From Octopus vulgaris (taxonomy: Eukaryota), in contig OX597819.1 of NCBI GenBank assembly GCA_951406725.2, forward strand, positions 75,454,001 through 75,518,000: a stretch of DNA of 64,000 bases, written 5' to 3'. Positions 24,955 through 39,833 of this stretch are shown here, one piece after another. Under the pieces are notes generated by a model, which was given only the letters and a program-made list of their open reading frames with translations, ran no database searches and was not told the DNA's origin. The position numbers and the translations under genes were made by a program. Numbering within the stretch: the first letter of the stretch is position 1; each line of letters opens with the position of its first letter.

Positions 24955-26249
24955 CATACATACACGCGCGCGCACACTCACATCCACACACTCATATATA
25001 TTTGTATGTATGTGTGTCTATGTATATGTATACATATATATATATACGTGTGTATATATTATATATGTGTAAATGTAAATATACATATAGTGATATACAT
25101 ATATATGTATATTCACACATATGCACGTATGTGTCTGTATGAGTGTATATATATATATATATATATATTTGACTATGTGTATATATGTAAATATATATGC
25201 ATATATATACATGTGTGTGTGTATGTGTATGTGTGTTGAAATGTTTATTGCCTGCAGTGCCATGAGAATGACTGCTTTTGAGATGAGACATTTTATTATC
25301 TATGCAGTTTTATAGAAGGGATAATGGCGGCAGGGCGAGTGAACAATTTTAAGGGAACATGAAATCCGAGATTCTGAACTATTAAAGTGTCTTAGAACAA
25401 CTAAAAACAATTTTGAGGCATGGGACCAGGTAGAAATAATTATCTTTTTTACAGCTATGTATGTATACAGACCTTCTCTTTCTCCCCCTTTCTCTCTCTA
25501 TATATATCTGAGTCTTTTTACTCATATACCCACATGCCTACATTCCTACCTACCTACCTACCTACCTACCTACCTACCTACCTACCTACCTACCTACCCA
25601 CCTACCTACCTACCTACCTACCTACCTACCTACCTACCTACCTACCTACCTACCTATCTACCTACCTGCCTATTAACATACATACATTCATACATAAACA
25701 CACACGCATATAGGTATGATATGTATGCGCTTATATTTGTATGTATTTATTGTATGTATATATACACCCATTAGGTACATACGCACACGTACGTTCACAG
25801 ACAGATATCCATATATTTACTTTTGAAAACTGAAAGAACGTAGACACACTTGAAACGATGAAGAATATTGATAGTTAAGCTGGAATCGTATCAAGGTTTT
25901 CTTAGAATTCTGCAGATCTTTATGTTACTTTTTCTCTCATTATTCTTAATGTTTGTGTACGTATTGCGACAATAAAAATTAGAAAATAAATATCTTCTAA
26001 AGCTACAGATGGCCATTAAACTGTGGATCACCTTGATTCCAATGCGTTGGCCTTTTAAGTATACATGTACTCTGTTCTGATAATATTAAACGTTGTCACC
26101 TTCGCGTTTGCCTTCGATCCCTTTGTTTGTGACGTTGGGCATTGTGTGTGCCCCTAGCGACGCACCCCGCCTCGTACATACCTACCTACCTACCTACCTA
26201 CCCACCCACCCATCCATCCATCCATCCATCCATCTATCCATCCAAATCC

Positions 26250-26337
<88 letters not shown>

Positions 26338-26636
26338 GCCTGCCTGCCTCCCTGCCTGCTTCCCTGTCTGCTTGCCTGCCTACCTACCTACCTACCTACC
26401 TACCTACCTACCTACCTACGTAGTACCTAACTAACCACCTACCTCCCTCCCTCCCTACCTACTTGTCTGTCTGCCTGCCTATCAAATTTATATTAATGTT
26501 TGTTTTACTCAAGTTACATAGAAAAACAGCATGAAACTGATATAAATATATGGATACATACATACATACATACATACATACATACACACATACATGCATA
26601 CATAATTCATCCATTACTTATATTTGTGTATGTATA

Positions 26637-26862
26637 CAAGAGTTACGGAATAGAGTAGGTAAGATACGGGCTACATATATTTCATAGCGGGTGGAATCTC
26701 AGAAGTGTTTAATTTCCAAGTGAAATGTATACCGCTGGCTACACTTCAGGCCAAGGATATCTTGATTAAATTAAAGGTTACGTTGTCGCTAAGATGTACA
26801 TGTTGACGCATGGAAACAACATATGTAGCCCAGATCTTACCTACTCCATTCCATGACTCTTG
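26637..26862. mobile_element. MITE with ~45-bp imperfect TIRs
   Basis: caagagttacggaatagagtaggtaagatacgggctacatat / atatgtagcccagatcttacctactccattccatgactcttg; TA immediately upstream. Confidence 0.7.
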
Positions 26863-27042
26863 CGTTCTTATTCGCACACCCGCCAACCCTGGTCGCTAAA
26901 CTGTGGAATATAAAAAGAACTTTTTTTCTGTTTATCGTTCATCGATCCGAAAAACCCACAATCTTCCGTCTCAATAAACCACTATGACCCTGAAATTTAT
27001 TTTTTTAATATGTATATATGTATATGCATATATGTACGTATA

Positions 27043-27091
<49 letters not shown>

Positions 27092-27170
27092 AATCCAAAC
27101 GGGAAAACAAAAAAACAACAACACGTGGAACAATAACAGTATTATTATTAATAGGCGCTCGAGGAAATAT

Positions 27171-27221
<51 letters not shown>

Positions 27222-27227
<6 letters not shown>

Positions 27228-27488
27228 AGTGGCTATGTCGTAAGTAGCTTGTTACCAACCACATGGTTCCGGGTTCGGTCCCACAGTGTGGCACCTTGAG
27301 CAAGTGTCTTCTACTATAGAAGACACGACCAAAGCCTTGTGAGTGGATTTGGTAGATGGAAACTGAAAGAAGCCCGTGGTGTACATATATATATATATAT
27401 ATATATATGTTTGTGTGTCTGTGTTTGTCCTACAATCATCGCTTGACAACCGATGTTGGTGTGTTTACGTTCCCGTAACTTAGCGGTT

Positions 27489-27490
<2 letters not shown>
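27222..27490 (+). mobile_element. SINE family C (tRNA-like head, internal microsatellite), 3'-truncated
   Basis: Matches the full-length copy at 39558-39994. Confidence 0.85.
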
Positions 27491-27549
<59 letters not shown>

Positions 27550-27689
27550 TAGATGGTGGGAAAAAAGTTACATAGACTGATTGTATATTGCGATCGGTGA
27601 GGATAACCTGAGCTTCAGTTGTTGCACCAACTGAACTTTTATACTATGTGAGTTTTTGATCATCCTATACGAATTTATATATATATATT

Positions 27690-27732
<43 letters not shown>

Positions 27733-28339
27733 CACACACGCAAACAAACACACACACAAACACACACATGTACACCACCCCATACACATGCATATATATA
27801 TATTATACATTTACATATATATTTAAGCATACATACACGTACACATACATACGCACACGCACACACACATATTTCTTAGATGTGTACATAAACAGATATA
27901 TTATACATATAAGTATACACACACATATGGCTCACACATACACACACATACATATACACACATGCTCACTTATATACACTCACGCTTCTATATATATGCA
28001 TAAATGGCAGCAACCTGAACGTATTATTGTTAGTGCCAGACGTCTGTGCAATCTTTTATAACTGTTCAGTTCTTAACTGATAAAACAAAATTCTTTTATG
28101 TTCTTATATAAATTCAGGCAAAGTTTTTTGAGTGGTAACGAACATCGACATTGGATTTATTGAAGTGTAATAAAGAGGTGTTTCTGGAGGTGAAATCCAG
28201 GCGCCATTGCAACTAGAATTAAATCTGGTATGAAGTTTCGTTGAGAGTGACCCAATCTTTAGTTTCGATTAACTATACATATCCATAAAATAGAAGTATC
28301 TAGAATAATATGTGCCCTTTGGAATCCCTCTAAATACAT

Positions 28340-28647
28340 TCTTATGCGCCCTTTTCAAGCCGAGCCGGGCTCATGGGCCCGGTTTCCCGGTTTCTGTGGC
28401 GTATGTGTTCCCCCCAGCTAGACGGGACGCCAGTCCATCGCAGCGTTACTCAAGAAACAGGAAGAAAGAGTGAGAGAAAGTTGGGGCGAAAGAGTACAAC
28501 AGGGGTCGCTACCCCTCCCTGCTGGAGCCTCGTGGAACTTTAGGTGTTTTCGCTCAATAAACACACACAACACCCTGTCTGGGAATCGAAACCACGATCC
28601 TCCGACCGCGAGTCCGCTGCCCTAATCACTGGGCCATTGCGCCTCCA
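28340..28647 (-). mobile_element. tRNA-derived SINE family A, short tail (tail type 2)
   Basis: Same head as 2096-2485; 14-bp TSD ccctctaaatacat (28326-28339, 28648-28661). Confidence 0.9.
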
Positions 28648-29114
28648 CCCTCTAAATACATACTGTTTGTAATTTAGAGAATAATATTGGGTTAACGTAT
28701 GTCGGTATGTTATTTAATATATAAATAAATCTGTAATCTTTCTAACGCTACAATTTAAGTAATAGGAAAGTCTGCGCTGTCTTAATACAAAAGAACGTCA
28801 CAAGAGACTATGGCAGTTGTCTGTTTTGATTTAGGTGCTATTGACCGAGGGAAAAGTTTTGAAATGATATACACGTTATAGATCTCAGCTATTTTCCCAA
28901 ATTCTAGTCCATTGTAATCCCTGTTAATAATCGTTTTTAGATTACGAAAGGCAGCATAAGCATTTTGAGGGGAAATCCACATTGCTCTCCTTCCAGAATT
29001 TAACAGAAGGTACATTATATTAATAATTCTCTCAAGAAAGGGTTCGTAATGTACTCTTCATATGAATCAGTGTTATTCAATGTTTCAAATGATCAGCATC
29101 ACCCCAATCACGCG

Positions 29115-29191
<77 letters not shown>

Positions 29192-29730
29192 ATGCACTCT
29201 GCCTCCCTGTCTGTCTGTCAGTCTTTCTTTCTCTCTCTCTCCCTGAATGTGTGAGTATGAAAAGCAAGATCGAAAAATTAAAGAGATTTTGTCGTCTCAA
29301 AAACGTACCACTTACGCCACCTAACTCTTTCCCTCTCTACGTCTCTTTCTTCGCGTGCATTTTAAAAATTTTCTGTGTATCTCTTTGCTGCTATTCCACA
29401 GTGAGTTAGAAAATGGAGAAAGATTGACACTAGCAGTTCATTTAAACTTTCTATCTCTCCATATCTTGTATTTTTGACAGAATGTAGAGCAATATTTGAG
29501 AGCGATTTGGGTGCTTCTCAATATAAATAAAATAGACGTCTTTCCCGTACCATTTCCTATATAATATCATTTATGGATTTGTGGAAGCCACATCAGTCGT
29601 AAGCGATGGAGGAGAGTTCCGCAACGATCTGCACATATGATTTGTTTATAGGGATGAAATGTTTGTGCAGTACGTTAGCTTACTTCTTCCATTGAATCGG
29701 CATTTCCTGTACAGGTGCATGGCATATATA

Positions 29731-29953
29731 AATGAGGGGATGCTGAGAAGTTCCTTGGTTTTAAGGGTATCATGAAAGGCCTGGCTGGAAGTCTAACCTG
29801 CCAAGATCTTTTACAGGACTTACAAAAACTGAAGGACCGCTACAATAAATGTATGAATCTGAGAGGGTAATGTGTTGCATAAAATCATAATTAATTGATC
29901 CTACTGTTTTTTCTTTCATCCAAAGCCAGGAACTTTTCAGCACACCGCTCGTA
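29731..29953 (+). mobile_element. Mariner-derived MITE
   Basis: TIRs gaggggatgctgagaagttccttggttt / aaagccaggaacttttcagcacaccgctcg|TA; internal remnant LQKLKDRYNKCMNLRG (mariner C-terminus). Confidence 0.7.
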
Positions 29954-29978
29954 TATGTATGTGTATATATATAGTTGA

Positions 29979-30019
<41 letters not shown>

Positions 30020-30035
30020 CGTGTATATATATATG

Positions 30036-30188
30036 TATAGGCGCAGGTAAGAAGCTTGCTTCCCAACCATATGCTGCTGTGTTCAGTCCTACTGCGTGGC
30101 ACATTGGGTAAGTGTCTTCTACTGTAGCCTTGGGCCAACCAAAGCCTTGTGAGTGTATTTGGTTGACGGAAACTGAAAGAAGCCCGTC

Positions 30189-30225
<37 letters not shown>

Positions 30226-30465
30226 TATATATTTATGTATGTGTGTCTTTGTGTCTGTGTTTATTCGTCCACCATCGCTTGACAACTGATGTTGGTGTGT
30301 TTATGTCCCCGAAACTTAGCGGCTCGTTAAAAGAGACCGATAGAATAAGTACTAGGCTTACAAAGAATAAGTCCTGGGGTAGATTTCTTTTGACTATAGG
30401 AGGTGCTCCAGCATGGTCACAGTCAAATGACTGAAACGTGTAATAGAGTAAAAGAATAAAAAGAG
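30036..30465 (+). mobile_element. SINE family C; a further partial copy follows on the minus strand at 30560-30710
   Basis: Matches 39558-39994; tail gactgaaac...agtaaaaga. Confidence 0.85.
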
Positions 30466-30493
30466 TACACATACAGATATATCTCGTACACAC

Positions 30494-30539
<46 letters not shown>

Positions 30540-30849
30540 ACACACAAACACACACACAGATACATTTCTGTCTATCAAATCCACTTACAAGACTTTGGTT
30601 GACCAAAAGCTATAGTAGAAGCCACTCACCGAAAGCACCACGCAGTGAGACCGAACGCAGAACCATGAGGTTCGGAAGTAAACTTCTGACCACACAGCCT
30701 CACCTGCACTTGTATGTATACATACATACACGCACATATAGATATAGATATATACATGTGAATGTATGCATATATGTGTCTGGATGGATGAGTACCTGAT
30801 TGATTGGATGATGGGATGTATTTATATGTGTGTGTATATAGGTATTTGT

Positions 30850-31233
30850 GGAGGCGCAATGGCCCAGTGGTTAGGGCAGCGGACTCGCGGTCGTAGGATC
30901 GCGGTTTCGATTCCCAGACCGGGCGTTGTGAGTGTTTATTGAGCGAAAACACCTAAAGCTCCACGAGGCTCCGGCAGGGGATGGTGGTGATCCCTGCTGT
31001 ACTCTTTCACCACAACTTTCTCTCACTCTTTCTTCCTGTTTCTGTTGTACCTGTATTTCAAAGGGCCGCCCTTGTCACTCTCTGTGTCACGCTGAATATC
31101 CCCGAGAACTACGTTAAGGGTACACGTGTCTGTGGAGTGCTCAGCCACTTACACGTTAATTTCACGAGCAGGCTGTTCCGTTGATCGGATCAACCAGAAC
31201 CCTCTTCGTCGTAACCGACGGAGTGCTTCCACC
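30850..31233 (+). mobile_element. tRNA-derived SINE family A, tail type 1, full length
   Basis: 14-bp TSD atataggtatttgt / atataggtgtttgt (one mismatch). Confidence 0.9.
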
Positions 31234-32563
31234 ATATAGGTGTTTGTAAACATGTGTGGATGAAAATTTTTTACAACGACTCCTATACTTTTCCTCAAAA
31301 GCATTACAGTTAAAATTGAATTAAAATATCTTTAGCCGGTTTTCGAACTCAAGTTGCTGACGCGGCTCACCAGGTATCTAATTCTCGTCCAACAATAGAA
31401 GAAAAAATGAGTGTGTTTACCATTTTGAGACGAAAGAGCAATACCGACATATTACACACACTAGATTATTTCACTACTTCAGCTTTGCAACCTTTAGTTA
31501 CATATGATTCGATCTGCCTGAATATTTTTCTGTCCATTTTAAATTACGACTGATACATAAGTAGTAAGAAAAGTGAACAACACGAACGAAAAGAAAGAAT
31601 GGAAACTAAGTGAAAAGAAAAAAGAAAATTAAATTAATAAACTCTCAAGAGAGATAACTTGTCGGTGACTGTGAATACTTTTCATGTTATGTACATGCGC
31701 AAAACATGTTTTATGCTACTTATCGTCTGCGTTACATTTCTCTCTTGTTTTTTCTTTTCTCAAATATATGAATTTTTCCATATCCCTGCACAATTTACAC
31801 ACAAAATACGTATATGTTTGTAGAAAAACATTCATGTGGACACATTAATATATTCATTCTTTACCACATTACATCTGTGTAATTCTATTATTATTTCTGA
31901 ATATGTATTTCGTTAGAATCCGAATATATACTTAACTCACACAACGCATAAAATGGAAACTACTCAAAAGTTCTAATCCGCACAGATATTGTAAAACGAA
32001 AATAGTCGAAATTTTGACAGATTCCTACGTTGGTTTTTCGGAATGGAAAAGTCTTTTGCTAAGGTAGTCCAAAGTAAAGATTACACAAGAACCATTTGAA
32101 ATTTTGCCAATAGATAAAAGCCTGTTGCTGTTGTTAGTGAATTTCTATTTCTACTAGTTTCTCCTTCCTATTTCTTATGTACACACACATACACACACAC
32201 AAATATATGCCAGTATGTATGTATGTATGTATGTATGTATGTATGTATGTATGTATGTATGTATGTATGTATGTATGTATGTATGTATGTATGTATGTAT
32301 GTACGTATGTATGTATGTATGTATGTATGTATGTATGTATGTATGTATGTATGTATGTATGTATGCGTGTATATATATCTATATATAGATGGATATATAA
32401 TATCTATAGCTTTAGCCTATATCTCATGCTATTGAATGTTTTGTAGCCAATTCTAGTAAAGTTGTTCGACAGGTTTTAACTGCAGTTATATCTATTGTAT
32501 TATTGATTTAATTTAACAGAAGCTCCACACCGAAAATCACGCATAAATCTATCTATCTATCTT

Positions 32564-32640
<77 letters not shown>

Positions 32641-32643
32641 ATA

Positions 32644-32879
32644 CTGTTGTATCTGGGGAGAGTAATTTTCTTTCTGTGCCTTATAATTTAATACACTTAC
32701 CGGTAAAATTTCCACTTATTTCTTAGAAATAAAAATAAAAAAAGGAATAAGTGGAAATTTTACCGGTGAGTGTATTAAATTATAAGGCACAAAAAGAAAA
32801 TGACTCTCCCCAGACACAACAGAATATGCTTCAACACACGAACTCACATAAAGAATCTTGCAAACCAAATCCCAAAACG

Positions 32880-32882
<3 letters not shown>
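32644..32882. mobile_element. Fold-back insert (77-bp arms) between (TCTA)n/TA and (TA)n
   Basis: 32644-32720 is an imperfect inverted copy of 32746-32822; a non-inverted family member lies at 54295-54500. Confidence 0.75.
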
Positions 32883-32937
<55 letters not shown>

Positions 32938-32941
<4 letters not shown>

Positions 32942-33130
32942 AGAGTTTACGAAAAAAAACAAAAACAAAAGATGAAGACAGGTGGTGTACAAAACAAAGA
33001 GATGTATTAGTATAACGCTCAGGAATAGAAAAAGTCTTTTACGTTTCGAGCCTACGCTCTTCTACAGAAAGGGACACAGAAAAAAACAAGGAGCGAAACA
33101 AAATGGTAGCGTAGAGTTACGATCAAATAG
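32938..33130 (-). mobile_element. Probable Penelope-like 3' terminus with hammerhead-like motif, ending in (TA)n
   Basis: Minus strand cttt-CTGTAGAA-gagc gtag gctc-GAAA-CG-TA-aaag at 33036-33071. Confidence 0.5.
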
Positions 33131-33766
33131 AAGAAAAATTAAGCAGACGAGTAGAACGCACAGGAAAAGATAATAACATAGAAGCCATCTCCTCTCACCA
33201 GCTGTTGACTGACGATCAACGTAATTTCAGCACGTTATCAACAGGATTACTAACTTCAAAGTATGGTATAGTGTCAACAATAGGACGACAAAAACAATAT
33301 GAATATAGGAAAAATTAGGTACAAATATTTATGTTTGTAGACTTGGGTAATGGGTTTGATTTTGGTTTTGCATTGCCTACAATTAATGTCTGACGGTTTC
33401 CTTTTTGCGTGGAAGGACCTTGGGTGTCTCGGTTGCAAAAAAGTTAACCTTCATGATGAGATGTTATATTTTCGTTATTTGCTGAAGGTATTTCATTTCT
33501 TTCCTTATTAATGGGTCCATCAGACCTGATATTGTCAACTTGTTCATGATACTTGTAGTTTTAGCTGAATATAATGACTGTATTGTTGAGTCGTTCATGT
33601 TTAGTTTTTTGGGGGGATGGGGTGGGGTGGGGGTAGGGGGTGATGTGAGGTACAAGTTGTCCTCGCCTTCCCACAAAATGTGAACATTTGAACTTAACAA
33701 ATTTCATCCTAGTGTTTGCCTAATATTGTGTAATGGGACCCCACGACCCCATGCCGTCTACAAATA

Positions 33767-33997
33767 TATTTCTTTACTACCAGCAAGGGGCTAAACATAG
33801 AGGGGACGAACAAGGACAGACAAACGGATTAAGTCGATCTTATCGACCCCAGTGTGTAACTGGTACTTATTTAATCGACCCCGAAAGGATGAAAGGCAAA
33901 GTCGACCTCGGCGGAATTTGAACTCAGAACGTAGCGGCAGACGAAATACCGCTAAGCATTTCGCCCGGCGTGCTAACGATTCTGCCAGCTCGCCGCT
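33767..33997 (-). mobile_element. SINE family D, full length
   Basis: 11-bp TSD gtctacaaata (33756-33766, 33998-34008); A/B-box head; central gcctttcatcctttcggggtcga resembles the MetaSINE-type domain (from memory). Confidence 0.9.
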
Positions 33998-34330
33998 GTC
34001 TACAAATAAAGATGAGAGCTGTTTCGGGCTTCAGAGTATCCATTTCTATAAATATTATGCTTTTCTTGAGCAAGTGAGTAAATGGACTTAATGAAAGAAC
34101 AAAGAGCAGAACTGACAATCTACTGCCCTGCAGAATGCCTTTTCCATGTTTTTCTTATTACCTCTGAAAAATAAAATGGTGACCCGGAGTGCTAACAGCT
34201 CTGCCAGTTCGCCTCCTCGATTCCTTACTAATGAAAGACAAATTTAGCAAAAGCTGAATTCGAACCTAGAAACTAAAGCATTGAAAAGTATTTAATGCGC
34301 CGCTCTATCGATTCTACCAACACATCGCCT

Positions 34331-34390
<60 letters not shown>

Positions 34391-35011
34391 CCATTATGGC
34401 CGCCCATTGACGTTGTCCAGACTCTGGAAAGTGGATGCGAGAGGGAAGTATGTTGTCGACTAAATCGATTAAGTATATTGACTGCTATTGATTTTTACTT
34501 ATTTTATCGATTATGAAACGATGGGAAGCTAAAACTCAGAACGTAAAGGAACGTAAATAAATACCACATGACATTTTAATCCGTCGCTCTAGCGATTCTG
34601 CAAAAACATCGCCTTTATAGTAGTAAAAGTAGTAGTAGTAGTTATTGTAGTTGTAGTGTAGTAGCAGTAGTAGTAGTTGTAACAGCTGTGTATTAGTAGA
34701 TTTAGCAGTAGTTGTTGCATTGGTAGTAATAACAAAAACGGTAGTAATAACTTATATTGTTGTAGATATAGTAGTAATAGTTGCCTTAGTAGTAATAGCA
34801 GTAGCAAAAGTAGTACTTTTAGTAGTAGTATTAACAATAGTAGTTGTTTTTTAGTAGTTATAGTAGTAGCACTACTAGCCGCAGTTCTAGTAGTATTAGT
34901 ATTCGTAGCAGGCATAGTAGTAATAGCAGTAGTGATAAAAAACAGTCAAATCTCCTTCAAATGACATCCTACTGCCTATAACAGAAAGGACACATTAGAT
35001 AATGTAGACAT

Positions 35012-35326
35012 AACGATAAACGTCGCCCTTTTCAAGCCGAGCCGGGCTCATGGGCCCGGTTTCCCGGTTTCTGTGGCGTATGTGTTCCCCCCAGCTGGGC
35101 GGGACGCCAGTCCATCGCAGCGTTACTCAAGAAACAGGAGGAGAGAGTGAGAGAAAGTTGTGGCGAAAGAGTACAACTGGGGTCGCCACCACCCCCTACC
35201 GGAGCCTCGAGGAGCTTTTAGGTGCTTTCGCTCAATAAACACACACAACGCCCGGACTGGGAATCGAAACCGCGATCCTCTGACCGTGAGTCCGCTGCCC
35301 TAACCACTGGGCCATTGCGCCTTCAC
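35012..35326 (-). mobile_element. tRNA-derived SINE family A, tail type 2
   Basis: 11-bp TSD aatgtagacat (35001-35011, 35327-35337); near-identical to 28340-28647. Confidence 0.9.
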
Positions 35327-38296
35327 AATGTAGACATCTACATAAAATAAAAAAAAAAGGTCGGGGTGATCACGGTGATATGTCCTTGATACTATGTCAG
35401 CTAGATCAAGGGTGACTTAGGGCTAAAAAACAACAAGAACAGCAGCAGCAGTAATAACAAAAGTATATATTAAGTCTGGCATAAGTTTTGCAGAAAATGA
35501 CAGAAGTTAAAAAACATATATTAGCGACAGAGGCAGTATTAATATCGAAAGATAATGTTTGTCTCCAATCCACGTTTAAGCGGGGACGAATATTACCTCT
35601 CAATGACAGAAGCGTTTTGCTATTTGAAATAGTGATACTAAATGGCCACAATGATATACAGAAGCGAGTTGAAAAGCAATGGAATCACCCAGTTAACTAC
35701 TGAATTAAAGACATAATGGTAGTTAATCTTTTGCTTGGCCAAAGTATTTTCATAAGTTTTGTCCTAAACGTCCATACTTGTTTTCAGAGTTTTAATCAGC
35801 CCTCGTTCCATATAATATAAAGCTTTCCTTTCATAAGTTCCAAGTTATGCTGTCGGTTGAAAGAAATTGGGAATGTGTATCATATATGATGAAGGATATC
35901 AGGGATGGGAAATATGTCCTGTGTATTACATGTGATACACAAGACAAGCCAAGCCTTAAAGATTGTGTCCACCTTTTCATTTATAATTGATTTAGCTGAA
36001 ATGATACATAGGCGGCAAATTAGTAGAGTTGTTAAGAGCAAGCTGAAATGTCTTGCGGTATTTACTGGATGTCCTCAGCACTTCGAGTTCAAAGTCCGCC
36101 GAGGACAACTTTGCCTTTAATCCTTTCTGGTTGATAAAATAAAGAAGTCAGAGGTGGAGGGATGATGGAATTGATAGAGTGTCGTCCGAGATATACTGTG
36201 GTGTTTATTCCGGCTCTTTGCATCTTGGATTCTTGGGCGGTATCCTTAATTGGTTACCTGGTTTAACACCAAAACCTATTCGTGGGTGTCTTTAGAGGAG
36301 TTCACTCTTTTGCAAGCATTCAGGCAAAGTCTTCGGTTTTAGGATAACATTCGCATTTTCCACTAATCTCTGAGGCCCTGAGAATAGTGCATTGCCTCTC
36401 TCTATCGGACTAAGCGGTAAAAAATGACTTCTGTAAAGACTCCCGAGAGGTTACTTATAAGAACAAACAGGAACGTTCCAGAAAATTGCAATTCTCGTTG
36501 TATGAATATTTTCAGAGACATCTCCACTTGTTAATCTTACACAAGAAATTTTAGTGGGGAGGGATAAGCCGATTGCATCGAGCCCCGGTGCTCAATTGGT
36601 ACATATCGACCACGAAAGGACAAAAAGGAAAGTCAACCGATAATATAAAGAACCGGAAAAATTGCTCCGAAGCACTTTGTTCGCAGCGGCAACAATTCTG
36701 CCAGCTTGCCGCCTTAATTACAATCAAAATACTAATAATAATTTTTAATATAGGTATAAAATCAGAAGTTTTAGGGAGTGATATAGTCGATTAAATCAAT
36801 ACTAATAAAGGCGGCGAATTGGCAGACTTGTGGGGGCGTCGAATTAGATTTAACGCTGTATTACTTCCACCCTCTGAGATCAAATCTCGCCGAGGTCAAC
36901 TCTGCCTTTTATCATTTCAGGGTCGATAATAAAAACAAAAGTACGATTCTAGGATGGTGGATTGGTGGAACTGTAATAAATTCGGGCTGGGCATATCATC
37001 AGCTCAACGTAAGAATAGCAACCAAATAATTATTTCCAAATTAAGCATAGAGCTTTTGAGGGAAGTTAGTTAGTCGATACCATTGAGCCCAGTACTTGAC
37101 AGGCGCTTCCTTTTATTGACGCCAGAGGGATGTAAGGGAAAACTGACATCGCAGAATTTGAACTCAAAATGCGAAGAGCCAGAAGAAATAAAGAATTTTG
37201 TCCGCCTCTCTGGCGATTCTGGTAATCCACCGCTTTTATAGCAACTAACTAATGAAGTCTGGTGTCGAATTTTATATTATTTTTATGCACATTTTAAGAA
37301 ACATATACAAGCAAATCTTAGGCTTTTATTTTGGTAAGGAAACCATCGCCTGGCATAAAAACATCGATTTTATTTTGCTATTTGATATCCGAGCGGTCCT
37401 TTAGATATTTGAAAATTTGATAAAATGTTTAAATTCTGATTGCTTAGAAAAAAAGAAAATTTGATTATTAAACTTTCGTGTATAATATACTTTTTTTCCA
37501 TTTTAAAAATCCATTGTAATACTATCTTTACACGTATTTACCAGAAGTCAAAAAAACTTTCCGAGTAAATATTTTTTACCTTAAAGGTTTACATGAAACC
37601 AAAAGCATTGATTTTATTTGCAGAAAGAAGGAGAAATCAAAGTAAGATACAAAGAAAAAGAAATAACTAACAACAGTTTAAATCTTTCTGCGCTTATTCG
37701 ATTTCATGTATTGGTTTAATAAAAAAAAATATACATTGTTTTCTGTTTCGAATCTTAGCCTTTGTGTTATGTAGTTACACAGTGACATTGAATGTTACTT
37801 AGTATAACAAGGTATAAAATATAAAATATAAAAAGTAAATACAAATCAAAACTGAAACGAAATATAAATCTCTACAAAAGAAACGAAATGATAAATCAAT
37901 GGGCAAATAGAGAATTAGAGACATAGATAAATAAATAGCTGGATTGATGGATGTTTGGACGAATAGTTTAATAAAATGATAGCTAGTGGAAAAGATAGAT
38001 AAATAGATAGATAGATAGAAAAAAGTGATATAGATAGAGATACAAACAGGTAGATATACATAGATAAATATAGATTAAGTGATAGTAAAAATAAAGAGAA
38101 ATAGATAAGAATGGAAATTCGGGATGGGAAAAGCAAAGAAGAAGTAGAAAATGAAACAAAGTAAATGTTTGCCATCTGATACCATGAAGCAAAATAGATT
38201 TGTAAATCGGAAATTGTTGTTTTAGTAAATCTTGTTCGCATGAAATTCGAGTATAGAGAACGAAAACAAGCAAGCCATGTTGAGTAACATCTTAGA

Positions 38297-38354
<58 letters not shown>

Positions 38355-38701
38355 GTAATGTGACGAAGGTAGAGGAAGAGGAGAAAGGGAAGAAAATGAA
38401 TATGTCGATAGTTTTATCACGTACGTTTGGCTTTTAGAGGGAGAAGAAACAGCAATGTTTGGGCATTATGGGTGGAGGATTTCGAATGAGATTCAGACGA
38501 GAAACTAACCAAACTACAAATAACGAATTTGTTTTGCAAACATCATTTAGATAACAAATAATAAATATTTACTTGTCGTATACATTCGTGCGATATAGCA
38601 AAAATCTTGACCTTTCACTAAACTGGTCAGAGTAATGTAGACAGCCAGTGTTCAACTGTCTTAACTATTTTCATCTTTTCAATCATAAAGTAGTTTTACA
38701 A

Positions 38702-38778
<77 letters not shown>

Positions 38779-38825
38779 CTCTCTCACAGACACACACACA
38801 CATGTAAGTAATATATATATATATT

Positions 38826-39095
38826 TCAGTATCGATCAGACTATCGGACGCTATTACACACTGCTGGTCACAGTGCGCTTCATATTGGCTTATCTTTTGA
38901 ACGTTGCCACTCCGCTCGCCAGGCATATAGGCCAACATTCCCCCACCCCACCCCGAACGGAACGCCAGTCCGTCGCAGGGTTACACGTTTCCAACTGAGG
39001 GAACCTTAGCAACATGATTCCCAGCCGGTCTGGGAATTGAAACCACGATCTCGCGATCGTGAGCGCAACGCCTTAACCACTAGGCTATACGCCTT

Positions 39096-39096
<1 letters not shown>
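38826..39096 (-). mobile_element. tRNA-derived SINE related to family A
   Basis: Head tagcctagtggttaaggcgttgcgctcacgatc...gtttcaattcccagaccgg; contains ccctgcgacggactggcgttccgt as in tail type 2, then a different 3' end. Confidence 0.7.
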
Positions 39097-39127
<31 letters not shown>

Positions 39128-39557
39128 CACGCGCACACACACGCACGCACGCACACAGACACACATAAACACACGCAAACACGCACACATACACACAAAC
39201 TCACACACGCATACAAATTCACATACACACACACTCACAAACTCACTCCCGCGCACACGCAGACACAGACATACAGTCAGACACACACACACACACATAC
39301 ACGCGCACATACAAATACATCCTCCGCTGTTTATCGAGAAAACGGCAGACAAAATATTTCAATCATTAACATCCGGTTGTCTTAAAAAAAGAGGAAAGAA
39401 ACCATTGGACAATATATTCCTGGGTATAAAATAAAAGACGTATTAGTCATGATCATCTGATATCTTAAAATTTGATGGTATGTCTTTCGTGGTATTAGTT
39501 TTTTTAATGAATATCAAGTAGCCCTATGGTGATCTTTGACCATAAGCCTAATCCATC

Positions 39558-39785
39558 TCTCTTTACTCTTTACTCTTTTACTTGTTTCAGTCATTTGACT
39601 GCGGCCATGCTGGAGCACCGCCTATAGTCGAGCAAATCGACCCCGGGACTTATTCTTTGTAAGCCCAGTACTTATTCTATCGGTCTCTTTTGCTGAACCG
39701 CTAAGTGACGGGGACGTAAACACACCAGCATCGGTTGTCAAGCAATGCTAGGGGGACAAACACAGACACACAAACACATACACAC

Positions 39786-39833
<48 letters not shown>

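Noticed and set aside
30850-30925. tRNA gene
   Set aside because: It is the tRNA-like head of a SINE with body, tail and TSD; no proper acceptor stem or poly-T terminator.
33610-33641. G-quadruplex-capable G-run cluster
   Set aside because: The motif is real, but nothing in its context suggests function; such runs are common in low-complexity DNA.
36230-36530. Unique-looking segment as a possible exon
   Set aside because: Stops in the frames examined and no recognisable motif.
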